Origin: Bdellovibrionales bacterium | GTDB lineage: Bacteria; Bdellovibrionota; Bdellovibrionia; Bdellovibrionales; JAGQZY01 | Reading direction: 5' to 3' | Assembly (NCBI GenBank): GCA_031426555.1 | Contig: JANPLN010000002.1 | Location: 1-64,000, forward strand | DNA length: 64,000 nucleotides | Shown: positions 42,956 to 52,940 of the stretch, piece by piece | Position numbering within the stretch: position 1 is the first letter of the stretch | Layout of the letters: each line of letters begins with the position of its first letter | The notes under the pieces: model-generated | Seen by the model: the letters and a program-made list of their open reading frames with translations, nothing else | The model's database searches: none | What the model was told of the DNA's origin: nothing | Made by a program: the position numbers and the translations under genes

Positions 42956-45113
42956 TTTGATCCTTTACCGACGTCTTGTAAGGCAAGTCCATCTTGATAC
43001 AGAGGCCTTGTGGCGTATTGCCATAAGCCTGTATGATTCCACCGTGATCTTCGACAATTTTACTGACAATCGCAAGCCCCAAGCCCGAACCACTTTTTTT
43101 AGTGCTAAAATACGGCTCAAACAACTTTGTGTAGTTGCCATCTGCAACACCGTGACCGTTATCAGAAACTGTGAGCGTCGAGGTCTGACGAGCAGAGTCT
43201 CCTTTAGTTACAATTTGTATTTTGGCGGACTCCACGTCCTCAACGGCAACCAGAGCATTCTCTATGAGGTTGATGAGAACGCGCTTGATTTGATCCTGGT
43301 CGAACAAAAAAGGCTCCAGTGAGTTGTCCAATGTTACATCAAACGACACTTTTTTATAGCCATCTGAGTACAAGGTCGAAATATTGCGAACCAGGGCATT
43401 CATGTCGTAGATTTCTTTTTGCAAAACCGGCATACGTGCGTATTCCGAAAATTCATTTACGAGGCGTTTCATCTCGTCGGTTTGTTGAATGATCATGTCC
43501 GTGCAGGCCTTAAATGCTTCGTCGTTAATGGAGGAGCCAAACTTTTTTTGTAAGCGCTGTGCGGACAACTTAATTGGTGTCAGTGGATTTTTAATTTCGT
43601 GGGCGATTCGACGAGCCACTTCTTTCCAAGCTTCGATTTTTTGCGATTTAAAAACATCAGTAAGGTCATCAAATCCGATAACAGTGCCCAAATTTTTGTC
43701 AAAACCACCGAGTCGGGAAATTGTAAATAAACAAGGAAAGGAATGATTGTTTAATTCCATTTCAATCTGCCGGGTCATTTTGCTCAGCGAGTACTGCCCC
43801 ATGCTCAAAATCATCTGGCGATAGACGCGGTAGTATTTTTCCCCGAGGGCCTCTTTGAGATTTCGGCCGATGTAATCCTGGGATTGAACCTTAAATAAAG
43901 CCGCCGCCCGGTCATTGATCGTGGCGATATTGTCATCGGGATCCAAAGAAATCACACCCGTGCTGACGTTGGAAAGCACCACCTCTATATATCGACTGCG
44001 CTCGTCCAAGCGAGATAGGGTTTCCTGAAGTTGTTGAGCCATGGAGTTAAAATTTTCGGCAAGTTCAAGGACCTCGGTTTCCACGCGATCAATTTTTACG
44101 GGGCGGTAGTCACCCTGGGCAATCCGCCGTGTGGCCTTACCGAGCTCTGACAGCGCTCCCGAAAGATGTTGAGCCATATAGAACCCAAACCACGTGGCGC
44201 AGAACAAAATCACCAAGGTCATCAGCAAGAGAATGATGATGTAAATGGATTTTAACGGATACTGAATGGGAGTTCGACCGCTCCCTTTGAGATCCTCGTA
44301 CACCGAACCAATGGCGTCCATTTTTTGTAAGAGAGACAGTGGAACATAGGTGGAAACAATAACGGCGCCTTCTCGGCCTTTGACCGGAACCATGGCGCGG
44401 ATCAAGTTGCCTTTGACGTACTCGTGAACCGTGCTGGCCTCGTTTTTTTGTTTGAGGCCTTTTTCTAAAAATTCCACCGAAGCCCTAGGGACATCGGGCA
44501 CACTTTGATCCTCGGTCATGACCATTTCGCGAGAGCCTAAAACATCCTCGTAGTACTCAATGGCATCGAGATCGTAGATGTGTTGCTGCTGGCGAAGCAC
44601 ATACTGGATTTCGTCCCGAGAATGGGCGTACTGCAGCTTTTGCGCCACCATGTGGGCCGCATAAAAGTTGCGCTTTTTAGAGTCCATATAAAAGTGGGTT
44701 GTCACTTCCAGCGAGCTCTTCATCACTGCCGTCATTTTTTCGCTAAACCATTTATCAAAGCTGGAATTGATATAAATGACTGACACAAAAAACATTAAAA
44801 GTGTTGGCACCGACGAAAAAATAAAAAAGGTCATGACAAGGCGTGAGCGCAGCGAGCTTCCGGCCACACCTCGCCGTTTTTCGATGAAGGCTTTAAATAG
44901 ATTTCTGAAGATAAGAAAAAATAGCAGCAACAAGAGGACTAAGTTAAAATTCACCAGTCCAAAAAAGAAAACAGAGTACTCAAACGGAAGATCTTTACTG
45001 GTGAGAAAAACACGAAACTCAAACCAGGCAAGAATGATAAAGAGAAGCATCAATCCAACGATGGAAAAAACTTCGCGCTTTCTTTTACCAAACTCTTTAG
45101 GGGAACGCACCAT
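42948..45113 (-). CDS. NtrY-like sensor histidine kinase (multi-TM, HAMP, PAS)
   Basis: AWKEVARRIAHEIKNPLTPI, N-box, DNGHG and FEPYFSTK..GSGLGL. Confidence 0.95.
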   Translation of the reverse strand: MVRSPKEFGKRKREVFSIVGLMLLFIILAWFEFRVFLTSKDLPFEYSVFFFGLVNFNLVLLLLLFFLIFRNLFKAFIEKRRGVAGSSLRSRLVMTFFIFSSVPTLLMFFVSVIYINSSFDKWFSEKMTAVMKSSLEVTTHFYMDSKKRNFYAAHMVAQKLQYAHSRDEIQYVLRQQQHIYDLDAIEYYEDVLGSREMVMTEDQSVPDVPRASVEFLEKGLKQKNEASTVHEYVKGNLIRAMVPVKGREGAVIVSTYVPLSLLQKMDAIGSVYEDLKGSGRTPIQYPLKSIYIIILLLMTLVILFCATWFGFYMAQHLSGALSELGKATRRIAQGDYRPVKIDRVETEVLELAENFNSMAQQLQETLSRLDERSRYIEVVLSNVSTGVISLDPDDNIATINDRAAALFKVQSQDYIGRNLKEALGEKYYRVYRQMILSMGQYSLSKMTRQIEMELNNHSFPCLFTISRLGGFDKNLGTVIGFDDLTDVFKSQKIEAWKEVARRIAHEIKNPLTPIKLSAQRLQKKFGSSINDEAFKACTDMIIQQTDEMKRLVNEFSEYARMPVLQKEIYDMNALVRNISTLYSDGYKKVSFDVTLDNSLEPFLFDQDQIKRVLINLIENALVAVEDVESAKIQIVTKGDSARQTSTLTVSDNGHGVADGNYTKLFEPYFSTKKSGSGLGLAIVSKIVEDHGGIIQAYGNTPQGLCIKMDLPYKTSVKDQNV

Positions 45114-45119
45114 GGGCTC

Positions 45120-45587
45120 CTATCCGAGCAGCTCTTCTTTGAGGGCCAACATTTCTAAAGCAACAAACGCGGACTCTTTTCCCTTGTTGCCTTTAGCTCC
45201 GCCGGCCCGAGCCAGGGCCTGGTGACCATCTTCGGTGGTGAGCACGCCAAAAGCAACTGGCACGCCATGCTGAAGCTGAAGCTCGGAACAACCGCGCTCC
45301 ACAGAATTACAAACAAAATCAAAATGCGACGTCTCGCCGCGAATGACCGCGCCCAGGGCAATCACCGCATCGCACTTTTTTCCTTCAATGAGCCATTTGA
45401 CCGCTAGAGGAATTTCAACCGCCCCCGGAACTTCCACATCAAAAATATTAACTCCGAACTCATTGAGAACTTCCAAAGCACCAAGGCGCATTTTGCCTGT
45501 GACATTTTCGTTGTACTGCGAGGTGACGATGCCAATCACGTAGTCGTGGGCTCGGCTGCGAATTGTCTCTAGATTCCCTTTGATCAT
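45120..45587 (-). CDS. ribH: 6,7-dimethyl-8-ribityllumazine synthase
   Basis: VPGAVEIP, LGAVIRGETSHF and GNKG.E. Confidence 0.97.
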   Translation of the reverse strand: MIKGNLETIRSRAHDYVIGIVTSQYNENVTGKMRLGALEVLNEFGVNIFDVEVPGAVEIPLAVKWLIEGKKCDAVIALGAVIRGETSHFDFVCNSVERGCSELQLQHGVPVAFGVLTTEDGHQALARAGGAKGNKGKESAFVALEMLALKEELLG

Positions 45588-46681
45588 ACAAAACCTGCTT
45601 TTTCAATTTCGAGACCAAATCCTTTGAGACCAACAGCCTTTGCACTTTCTGAACTACCGAGAAGATCTATTTTACGCACGCCTAAGTGACGCAGGATTTG
45701 TGCACCGATTCCATATTCACGGGGGTCCATTTTTCGATCGATGGAGCTGGCCGCTTTACCTGTCCAGCCCGCCACCGACGACTGCGCGCCCTCTTTGCGC
45801 AAATACACAAACACGGCACTGTCCACGCCGCTCATCATTTCTAGAGCTTTTTCATAGGGCATGCTTGAGTTGCTGTCTTCGTGGGGAATCAAAAGATCAT
45901 TCCATACGTTTTCCACATGCACGCGCACCAATGTTGGTCGATCTTCGCGAATTACGCCTTTTTGTAAAACAAAATTGTGTGAATGATCGAGGAGATTTTT
46001 AAAAACTTTGGCTTGGAATAATCCAAACTTTGTTTGCATGGGACCCGAGGATACTTCTTCGATGTAGGATTCGTTATTTAAACGGTAGCGAATCAACTCT
46101 TCGATGGTGCCAATTTTAAGGTTGTGGTCTTTTGCAAACTTAACAAGATCTGGCAGGCGCGCCATGGTGCCATCCGCTTTCATCACTTCGCAGATCACCG
46201 CTGCCGGAGTGAGCCCTGCAAGTTTCGCAAGATCCACACTAGCTTCGGTGTGCCCAGCTCTTTTGAGCACTCCGCCCTGTTGGGCGCGAATTGGAAAAAC
46301 ATGTCCGGGCATAATGACATCGTTGGGGCGTGAGCGTGGATTTGCAGCCACGCGAATTGTGTGGGCTCTATCTGAAGCAGAAATTCCAGTGGACACACCT
46401 TCGGCCGCTTCGATGCTCACGGTGAACGCCGTTTTGTTTGGAGAATGATTTCGTTCGTCGCCCACCATCAGCGGAATGTTGAGTCGGTCGATTTGATGAG
46501 GCTCTAGCGACAAACAAATAAGGCCGCGGGCTTGCGTAGCCATAAAGTTGATGGCATCGGGCGTGACAAAATCGGTGGCGAGGATGAGATCGCCTTCGTT
46601 TTCGCGATCTTCGTCGTCGATCAGGATGACCATCTTTCCGTTGCGGAGATCGTCGATAATTTCGGGAATTGAATCCATCAT
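45584..46681 (-). CDS. ribB: DHBP synthase fused to a degenerate GTP cyclohydrolase II-like domain (RibBX type)
   Basis: DDEDRENEGDL and RAGHTEA in the N-domain; C-domain has RVH...YGIGAQIL..LGV but no zinc Cys; ATGA overlap with upstream gene. Confidence 0.92.
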   Translation of the reverse strand: MMDSIPEIIDDLRNGKMVILIDDEDRENEGDLILATDFVTPDAINFMATQARGLICLSLEPHQIDRLNIPLMVGDERNHSPNKTAFTVSIEAAEGVSTGISASDRAHTIRVAANPRSRPNDVIMPGHVFPIRAQQGGVLKRAGHTEASVDLAKLAGLTPAAVICEVMKADGTMARLPDLVKFAKDHNLKIGTIEELIRYRLNNESYIEEVSSGPMQTKFGLFQAKVFKNLLDHSHNFVLQKGVIREDRPTLVRVHVENVWNDLLIPHEDSNSSMPYEKALEMMSGVDSAVFVYLRKEGAQSSVAGWTGKAASSIDRKMDPREYGIGAQILRHLGVRKIDLLGSSESAKAVGLKGFGLEIEKAGFV

Positions 46682-47280
46682 AAATTGGCCTCTCGCTGTT
46701 CTTGAAAATGAACAAATGCCTTGGCCCATGTATCGTATTCTATATTGACCACATCACCGGGCTTTAGGTTTTTTAAGTTAGTGCGCAGTAAGGTTTCGGG
46801 AATCAGGCACACGTTAAATTCGGTGGCCGTGACTTCGTTCAAGGTGAGACTCACTCCTTGAATTGAAATGCTGCCTTTGGACCAAACCATCTTAGAATTG
46901 ATATTCTTTTTGGAAAATTTCAAATTCCAGCTTTCGCCTTTTTGCACATCTAAAACTTCGGCGGTGGTATCCACGTGTCCACTGACAAAGTGTCCATGGA
47001 CGCGATCGCCAAATTTAAGGGAACGCTCGAGGTTTACCAATGCTCCCTGAAGTGATTTTTGGGTCCAGCCTGTCACGCGAAGAGTTTCTTGCCCCAGAGT
47101 GAACTGCAGTTGTTTTGGGGTTGCAACTTCGACGGTGAGACACACACCATTTGTAGCGATGCTATCTCCCAATTGAATGTCATCAAAGTGAGTTGGGCGT
47201 TGAACAAAAAGAGTGAGGAGGTCGCTGCGTGGCTCGACAACTTCGATGGGCGAACAGGCCTCTATGATTCCGGAAAACAT
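46678..47280 (-). CDS. ribE: Riboflavin synthase (alpha chain; ribC in E. coli nomenclature)
   Basis: MFSGII, NGVCLTV, VNLERS...GH.VSGHVD and GVSLT. Confidence 0.97.
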   Translation of the reverse strand: MFSGIIEACSPIEVVEPRSDLLTLFVQRPTHFDDIQLGDSIATNGVCLTVEVATPKQLQFTLGQETLRVTGWTQKSLQGALVNLERSLKFGDRVHGHFVSGHVDTTAEVLDVQKGESWNLKFSKKNINSKMVWSKGSISIQGVSLTLNEVTATEFNVCLIPETLLRTNLKNLKPGDVVNIEYDTWAKAFVHFQEQREANL

Positions 47281-47286
47281 GGGGCC

Positions 47287-47315
47287 AAGCTAACCTTTGT
47301 GATTCGTTATGTCAA
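47287..47315 (-). promoter_or_regulatory. Candidate leaderless sigma70 promoter of the riboflavin operon
   Basis: TTGACA-17-TAGCTT-6 nt-ATG; no SD. Confidence 0.65.
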
Positions 47316-47334
47316 CACTGCTAACTTACCAAGA

Positions 47335-49860
47335 TCACTTCGTTTTAATCGCAAAACTGAGTCCCAAATCCGAAGCTCCCACTTCCACGTGAGACGCGGC
47401 CGGAACTTCGCCAGACAAAATCTTCTTAGAAAGCGGGTTTAAAAGATGATCCTGAATCGCTCTTTTTAGCGGGCGTGCCCCATACTCGGGATCGTAGCCT
47501 TTTTTCGCTAAATACTCGAGAGCTGCGTCGTTGACGACCATGGTAATTTTTTTATCAGCCAATCGTTTAATCACGCGTTGAACTTGAATGCTCACGATAC
47601 TGCTCAACTGGTCTTTGCCCAGATCTTTAAAGGTAATGATCTCGTCGATGCGATTGATAAACTCCGGTTTGAAATGAGCTTTGACATCGGTGGCGAGATT
47701 GGACGTCATGACAATCACTGTGTTTTTGAAATCCACGGTGCGTCCCTGCCCGTCGGTGAGATGTCCTTCGTCAAAAACTTGCAACAGGACATTGAACACA
47801 TCGGGGTGCGCCTTTTCGACTTCGTCGAGTAACACCACACTGTAAGGGCGTCGGCGAACTTGCTCGGTGAGCTGCCCTCCTTCGTCGTAGCCCACATAGC
47901 CGGGAGGGGCTCCGATGAGTCGAGACACCGAATGCTTTTCCATGTACTCGCTCATGTCGACACGAACGATGTTTTCCTCGGAGTCGAAAAGAAATTCGGC
48001 GAGAGCTTTGACGGTTTCGGTCTTACCCACACCCGTAGGTCCCAAAAATAAAAACGTTCCGATGGGACGATTGGGATCGCCGATCTCGGCTCGCGAACGG
48101 CGAACCGCATCCGCCACCGCGCTGAGCGCGGCCCCTTGCCCCACAACACGTTTTGCTAAGTAGTTTTCTATTTTTAAAAGCTTATCGGTTTCGGATTGAA
48201 CCATTTTTTCCACAGGAATTCCGGTCCACTTGGCCACGATCTCGGCGATGACCTCGGGGGTGACTTCTTCGCGCAAGAGTCTTTTTCCGCCGGTGAGATT
48301 ATCGGCTGCGGTGTTGAGCTCGAGAAGCTTTTTTTCCAGAGCCGGGAGCTCGCCGTATTTGAGGCGCGCTGCCCGCTCTAGCTGACTTTCACGCTCGGCA
48401 ACTTCGATTTGTTTTTTAACCGTTTCGACCTGGGATTTTGTTTCTTTGAGAGATTGAATTTCGCTCTTTTCCTTTTCCCATTGTTTCGTGACCACTGCCA
48501 CTCGCCCCTGCAACTCTTTAAGCTCGCTGTCGATCACTTGCAAACGCGGGTCGTCTTTTTTGCTGTCTTTCTTATCGTCGCGAACCGCATTTTGTTCGAT
48601 CTGCAATTGCATGATCTTGCGCTTGAGTTGATCCACCTCAGATGGAACGCTGTTGATTTCGATGCTTAGCTTGCTTGCAGCTTCGTCGATCAGATCGATG
48701 GCTTTGTCGGGCAAGAACCGATTTGTAATATAACGATGGGAAAGTTTGGCGGCGGCAATGATTGCGTCGTCGGTGATGCGCACACTGTGATGCACTTCGT
48801 ACTGATTTTTGAGACCGCGGAGAATGGTAATAGTATCTTCCACCGAGGGTTCGTCCACCAGCACAGTTTGAAACCGGCGTTCGAGGGCTTTGTCTTTTTC
48901 GATGTACTGGCGATACTCATCGAGAGTGGTGGCGCCGATACAGCGCAGCTCTCCCCGCGCCAGTGCCGGCTTTAACAGTTGGCCAGCATCCATGGCGCCA
49001 TCGGCTTTGCCCGCGCCAACCAAAGTGTGCAATTCGTCGATAAATAAAATGATTTGCCCATCACCTCGGGCGACTTCCTTAATGACAGCTTTTAGACGCT
49101 CTTCAAACTCGCCGCGATATTTCGCACCGGCAATCAGCGCACCCATGTCGAGGCTGACAATTCTTTTGTCATAGAGCACCTCTGGCACATCTTTGTTGAT
49201 GATGCGAATGGCGAGTCCTTCGGCGATGGCCGTTTTGCCAACACCGGGGTCTCCGATAAGTACGGGATTGTTTTTCTTACGCCGCGCGAGCACCTGAATG
49301 GTGCGACGAATTTCCTCATCGCGCCCAATCACTGGATCGAGCTTACCTTCTTGCGCCATTTGGGTGAGATCCCGCGAGTATTTTTCGAGAGCGTTGTATT
49401 GATTATCGCCGTCTTCCGAATTTAATTTTTCACCACCACGCATCGTCTCTAACTCCTTTTTAAATTGATCTGCTGAAACCAGTTTGTGCAGATCCATCAC
49501 CCGTTGGTCCAGTGCTGCAAGATAAAAATGTTCCAACCCAATAAACTGATCGCCCAGTTGCTGTGCCATCTTTTCGGATTTTTTAAACAACTCCACCAAC
49601 CGTTGGCTGGCCAACACTTTTGAACTGCCGGTGACTTGAGGCAGTCTGTCCAATGCACTTTTTAAATTTTTTTGCACGGTGACCAGTGCTTGCGGATCGA
49701 TGCGACCGAGAATGTCGACCACTGCGGAGCCCGGTTCGTTTGCAATGATCGACAACAAATGCTCGGGCTCAACCGCAGGATGCATTTGCACCTCTGCCAT
49801 TTTCGCAGCGGCTTGCATGGCCTGTCTTGCTTTAAGTGTCATTTTTTCAATGTCGTTCAC
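47335..49860 (-). CDS. clpB: Chaperone ClpB
   Basis: Two AAA+ modules ([16 protein letters not shown]), long coiled-coil M domain, [16 protein letters not shown] before GTG. Confidence 0.97.
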   Translation of the reverse strand: MNDIEKMTLKARQAMQAAAKMAEVQMHPAVEPEHLLSIIANEPGSAVVDILGRIDPQALVTVQKNLKSALDRLPQVTGSSKVLASQRLVELFKKSEKMAQQLGDQFIGLEHFYLAALDQRVMDLHKLVSADQFKKELETMRGGEKLNSEDGDNQYNALEKYSRDLTQMAQEGKLDPVIGRDEEIRRTIQVLARRKKNNPVLIGDPGVGKTAIAEGLAIRIINKDVPEVLYDKRIVSLDMGALIAGAKYRGEFEERLKAVIKEVARGDGQIILFIDELHTLVGAGKADGAMDAGQLLKPALARGELRCIGATTLDEYRQYIEKDKALERRFQTVLVDEPSVEDTITILRGLKNQYEVHHSVRITDDAIIAAAKLSHRYITNRFLPDKAIDLIDEAASKLSIEINSVPSEVDQLKRKIMQLQIEQNAVRDDKKDSKKDDPRLQVIDSELKELQGRVAVVTKQWEKEKSEIQSLKETKSQVETVKKQIEVAERESQLERAARLKYGELPALEKKLLELNTAADNLTGGKRLLREEVTPEVIAEIVAKWTGIPVEKMVQSETDKLLKIENYLAKRVVGQGAALSAVADAVRRSRAEIGDPNRPIGTFLFLGPTGVGKTETVKALAEFLFDSEENIVRVDMSEYMEKHSVSRLIGAPPGYVGYDEGGQLTEQVRRRPYSVVLLDEVEKAHPDVFNVLLQVFDEGHLTDGQGRTVDFKNTVIVMTSNLATDVKAHFKPEFINRIDEIITFKDLGKDQLSSIVSIQVQRVIKRLADKKITMVVNDAALEYLAKKGYDPEYGARPLKRAIQDHLLNPLSKKILSGEVPAASHVEVGASDLGLSFAIKTK

Positions 49861-49895
49861 ACCGACTCCTTAAGAGTGTATACCCTACTCTATTA

Positions 49896-49922
49896 AGATG
49901 AGGGCCCCCATAGAAATGTCAA
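49896..49922 (-). promoter_or_regulatory. Candidate heat-shock (sigma32-like) promoter for clpB
   Basis: TTGACA-13-CCTCATCT versus consensus TTGAAA-13/14-CCCCATNT. Confidence 0.35.
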
Positions 49923-50155
49923 TCAATCCTACGCCTAAAAAGTTGCGCAAAGGAATTAAACTGGATCGCGTGTCTCCCCTCGATTTTTCCAAGCGAAATC
50001 TTATCTATTGTTGCGAGCAGTGTTCGCACTTTGATCCGGAATCAGAGTCGTGCACTCTGGGTTATCAAGCTCGCTTACACAAACGCGAAGTACAGCTGAA
50101 GCGCTACTACTTAAACGGACATATGGCTTTTTGTCGTTTTACCGAGATTGACTGA
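49898..50155 (+). CDS. Small Cys/His-rich hypothetical protein, possible metal binder (start uncertain, 49916 alternative)
   Basis: CCEQCSHF...CTLGY...H...CRF.EID; stop overlaps the next start (TGATG). Confidence 0.7.
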   Translation: MRAPIEMSINPTPKKLRKGIKLDRVSPLDFSKRNLIYCCEQCSHFDPESESCTLGYQARLHKREVQLKRYYLNGHMAFCRFTEID

Positions 50156-51075
50156 TGAGTTCCTTCGTCCTTCCATTATTAGTGGCATTGGGCTTCCTTG
50201 CCCTGTTTTTATTCACCCTTCGCCGCGCTCAGGTTTTTGCGGCAGAGGTAGAACTTTCTGAGTTTTTACAAACCAAAAGCTTCACTTTTGGCCATCTGGC
50301 CTATTACGACAACCTCAACGAAACGAACAAAAATCAAATCCCGTGGATTTTTATCCACAGCATAGGATCCTCTTTTTATAGCTGGCGCTATCAAATACAG
50401 CACTTTTCGGGGTCGCAAAGAATCATCGCCGTGGACCTGCTTGGATTTGGGCAAAGTGATAAACCAGCCCTGGCGAACTACGACCTCGATGCAACAACCT
50501 TGCGTTTGACCGACTTTTTCGACTCCTTGGACATACAACAAGGATATTTAGTGGGTTGCTCTATGGGCGGGGCCCTTTGCTTGTGGTTAAAAACTTTGCA
50601 GCCCGAGCGCTTTCCAAAGGTCGTTGTCATTTCACCCGCCGCCACCCCAACACTAGTTCCATTTATACGACTGCAGCATGAAAAGCTCGCTTTGATAGGC
50701 AAGCGGCTGGTTTCCCGGTCACTTATTAAGGCAGCGCTGAGGGGCGGTCTAGCTTACCGCCATCGAATCTCGCCGCAGATGGTGGAAAATTATTTCGCAC
50801 CCTTTAAAAATCCCGACGCCGTGACCTGTTTTTTAAAATCAGTATCCATTATAAAGGATGCAAGAATTTTTGCGGGCCTGCCCACCATCGCCAGCCCTGT
50901 GTTGATTGTGTGGGGCGAACGAGATCGCGTGATCCAGCGCACGGCGCTGATGAAGATTGTCCAACACCTGCCGCAAGGGCAACTCCTCACTCACAAAACC
51001 GGGGGTCACCATCTGATGGAAGACGAGCCCGAGTGGACAAATAAAATCATTTGCGATTATTTTACCTCGACTTAA
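50155..51075 (+). CDS. Alpha/beta-fold hydrolase with N-terminal membrane anchor
   Basis: DLLGFGQSD, GCSMGG nucleophile elbow, WGERD acid and GHH catalytic His. Confidence 0.93.
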   Translation: MSSFVLPLLVALGFLALFLFTLRRAQVFAAEVELSEFLQTKSFTFGHLAYYDNLNETNKNQIPWIFIHSIGSSFYSWRYQIQHFSGSQRIIAVDLLGFGQSDKPALANYDLDATTLRLTDFFDSLDIQQGYLVGCSMGGALCLWLKTLQPERFPKVVVISPAATPTLVPFIRLQHEKLALIGKRLVSRSLIKAALRGGLAYRHRISPQMVENYFAPFKNPDAVTCFLKSVSIIKDARIFAGLPTIASPVLIVWGERDRVIQRTALMKIVQHLPQGQLLTHKTGGHHLMEDEPEWTNKIICDYFTST

Positions 51076-51217
51076 ATACCTAAACAGATCCACTAGACTC
51101 TTTACCGGGTGTATTTTTTGACAGCTTTTCCTCGACGTAGGATTTGAAAACAGGTCTTTCAGCTTAGGACTAAGGGTTAAAAAATGCCGTTTTTTGTTAA
51201 ACCCTACTCTCGTCCTG

Positions 51218-51244
51218 TCAAGTAACTGCGGCTCTCTCCGAAGA
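51218..51244 (+). promoter_or_regulatory. Sigma28 (FliA)-type promoter of flagellin
   Basis: TCAA-15-TCCGAAGA, matching the spacing of TAAA-N15-GCCGATAA. Confidence 0.65.
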
Positions 51245-51276
51245 GTGTGTTGTCAACTTATTAAAGGAGTGAACAA

Positions 51277-52110
51277 ATGAGTATGCGAGTGAACACAAAT
51301 ATTTCGTCAGTAAATGCAATGAGAAATTTATATTCGAATGATCGCAATATAAATTCAAACTTTGAAAAAATGGCCAGTGGCAGCCGAATTAATAAAGCCG
51401 CTGATGATGCTGCAGGGCTCGCCATTTCTGAGAACCTAAAGGCGCAGATCCGATCTTCGGTTCAAGCGTCTCGAAACGCCAACGATGGTATCTCTCTTGT
51501 GCAGACAGCTGAGGGTGGCCTTAATGAATTGGGCAACATCATCGTGCGGATGCGAGAATTGGGAATTCAAGCGGCTTCAGACACCGTCGGTGAAAATGAA
51601 AGAGGCTTTATCAATATGGAAGTCCAACAATTAAAGTCGGAATTTCAGCGTATTTCGGACTCTACTAAATGGGGTCAAACGAAGCTCTTGGACGGATCGA
51701 CACCTGACTTTTCGTTTCAAGTGGGAATTAATAACTCCGAAGAAGAAGATAGAATTAATTTTGACTCCGCGGGCAACGTTGCCACTTTGGATGCACTCGG
51801 TTTGAGTGGGGTGGATTTCGAGTCTAAAGAGGGTGCTCGGGGCGCGCTTGAAGCTCTTGATACTGCTCAGGTGGGTGTGAACCGCATCCGCTCCAGCCTA
51901 GGTGCTTTGCAAAACCGCTTAGTATCGACTGTTCAGAGCTTGGGCATCCAACAGGAAAACCTGTCAGCCGCTAACAGCCGTATCCGCGATGCCGATATTG
52001 CCGAAGTGACTGCCGATTTGACCAAGAACCAAATCTTAATGCAGGCCAACACGGCCACTTTAGCCCAAGCCAATCAGAAAAATACATTGGCTCTGAAGTT
52101 GATCGGTTAA
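51277..52110 (+). CDS. fliC: Flagellin, short D0/D1-dominated form
   Basis: SG.RINKAADDAAGLAISE and NL.AANSRIRDADIA; 277 aa. Confidence 0.97.
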   Translation: MSMRVNTNISSVNAMRNLYSNDRNINSNFEKMASGSRINKAADDAAGLAISENLKAQIRSSVQASRNANDGISLVQTAEGGLNELGNIIVRMRELGIQAASDTVGENERGFINMEVQQLKSEFQRISDSTKWGQTKLLDGSTPDFSFQVGINNSEEEDRINFDSAGNVATLDALGLSGVDFESKEGARGALEALDTAQVGVNRIRSSLGALQNRLVSTVQSLGIQQENLSAANSRIRDADIAEVTADLTKNQILMQANTATLAQANQKNTLALKLIG

Positions 52111-52140
52111 TATAAAAAGTTAAAAGTGTGTGTTCACTCC

Positions 52141-52163
52141 GGGGTCCTCAGGGACCCCTTTTT
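52141..52163 (+). terminator. Intrinsic terminator after flagellin
   Basis: GGGGTCC-tcag-GGACCCC-TTTTT. Confidence 0.85.
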
Positions 52164-52255
52164 ACGTTTGACATCTGGTCCTATTAAATTTCTTCTAGGC
52201 TTGGCATTAACAATGCGTTAGATTGTGGTGGATTTGAGATTAACGGAGGAATTTT

Positions 52256-52750
52256 ATGGCTAAGAAAAAACCAACTAAAAAAACGAAAGCGGCAAAAAAA
52301 GCCGCACCAACAAAGAAAAAGACAGCCGCCAAAAAAGCAGCGCCTAAAAAAATGAAGGCCGCTCAAAAAGCAGCTCCAAAGAAAAAACCAGCAAAACCTC
52401 AAAAAGCAGCTCCAAAAAAAGCCGCCCCTAAAAAGGTAGCCGCTCCAAAAGTTGCCGCTAAAAAAACAGCGAAAACGTCGCCAGCTAAAACGGCCCCTAA
52501 AAAGGTGATGTCGCCGGCGTCTACTGCAGCTTCTCTCAACGATATGTACAAAAGTAAACAGACGTCTTTTGAAGCCGATGATCTTCTTGCCGATGATGAG
52601 TTTGCAGAAGATGCTGACGTTGAAGCCGCTGCGGTGACTCCCGAAGACGAAGAAGATGTTTTTGATGATCCAGATTTAACCTCTTACAACGAATTTGAAG
52701 ACGATGAAGAAGAGGAAGAAGATTCTGAAGACGACGGCAGTTATTTTTAG
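52256..52750 (+). CDS. Histone-H1-like Lys/Ala/Pro-rich protein with acidic C-terminal tail
   Basis: GGAGG RBS; repeated AAPKK units followed by a D/E-rich tail; own terminator. Confidence 0.85.
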   Translation: MAKKKPTKKTKAAKKAAPTKKKTAAKKAAPKKMKAAQKAAPKKKPAKPQKAAPKKAAPKKVAAPKVAAKKTAKTSPAKTAPKKVMSPASTAASLNDMYKSKQTSFEADDLLADDEFAEDADVEAAAVTPEDEEDVFDDPDLTSYNEFEDDEEEEEDSEDDGSYF

Positions 52751-52778
52751 TCTTTAAGTAAATATCTAAATTGTTTCT

Positions 52779-52805
52779 AAAAAGGGGCCTCGAGCCCCTT
52801 TTTTT
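52779..52805 (+). terminator. Intrinsic terminator
   Basis: AAAAAGGGGC-ctcga-GCCCCTTTTTTT. Confidence 0.85.
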
Positions 52806-52891
52806 ATTGGTATTGGGGCCTTTGTCTAGGTTCTGTCACACACTTCTCTTTCTCAAAACGAGACATGTGGAGTACTCTTTTAAATGGAATC

Positions 52892-52919
52892 TATAGTTTT
52901 TTTATAAGTATTCCGACAA
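52892..52919 (+). promoter_or_regulatory. Candidate sigma28-type promoter of the Ig/vWA gene
   Basis: TATAGTTT-12-TCCGACAA versus TAAAGTTT-11-GCCGATAA. Confidence 0.45.
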
Positions 52920-52940
52920 GACTAAGGTCAAGGGGGACGT

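Noticed and set aside
47281..47334. FMN riboswitch upstream of the riboflavin genes
   Set aside because: The gap is only 54 bp and lacks the conserved aptamer motifs.
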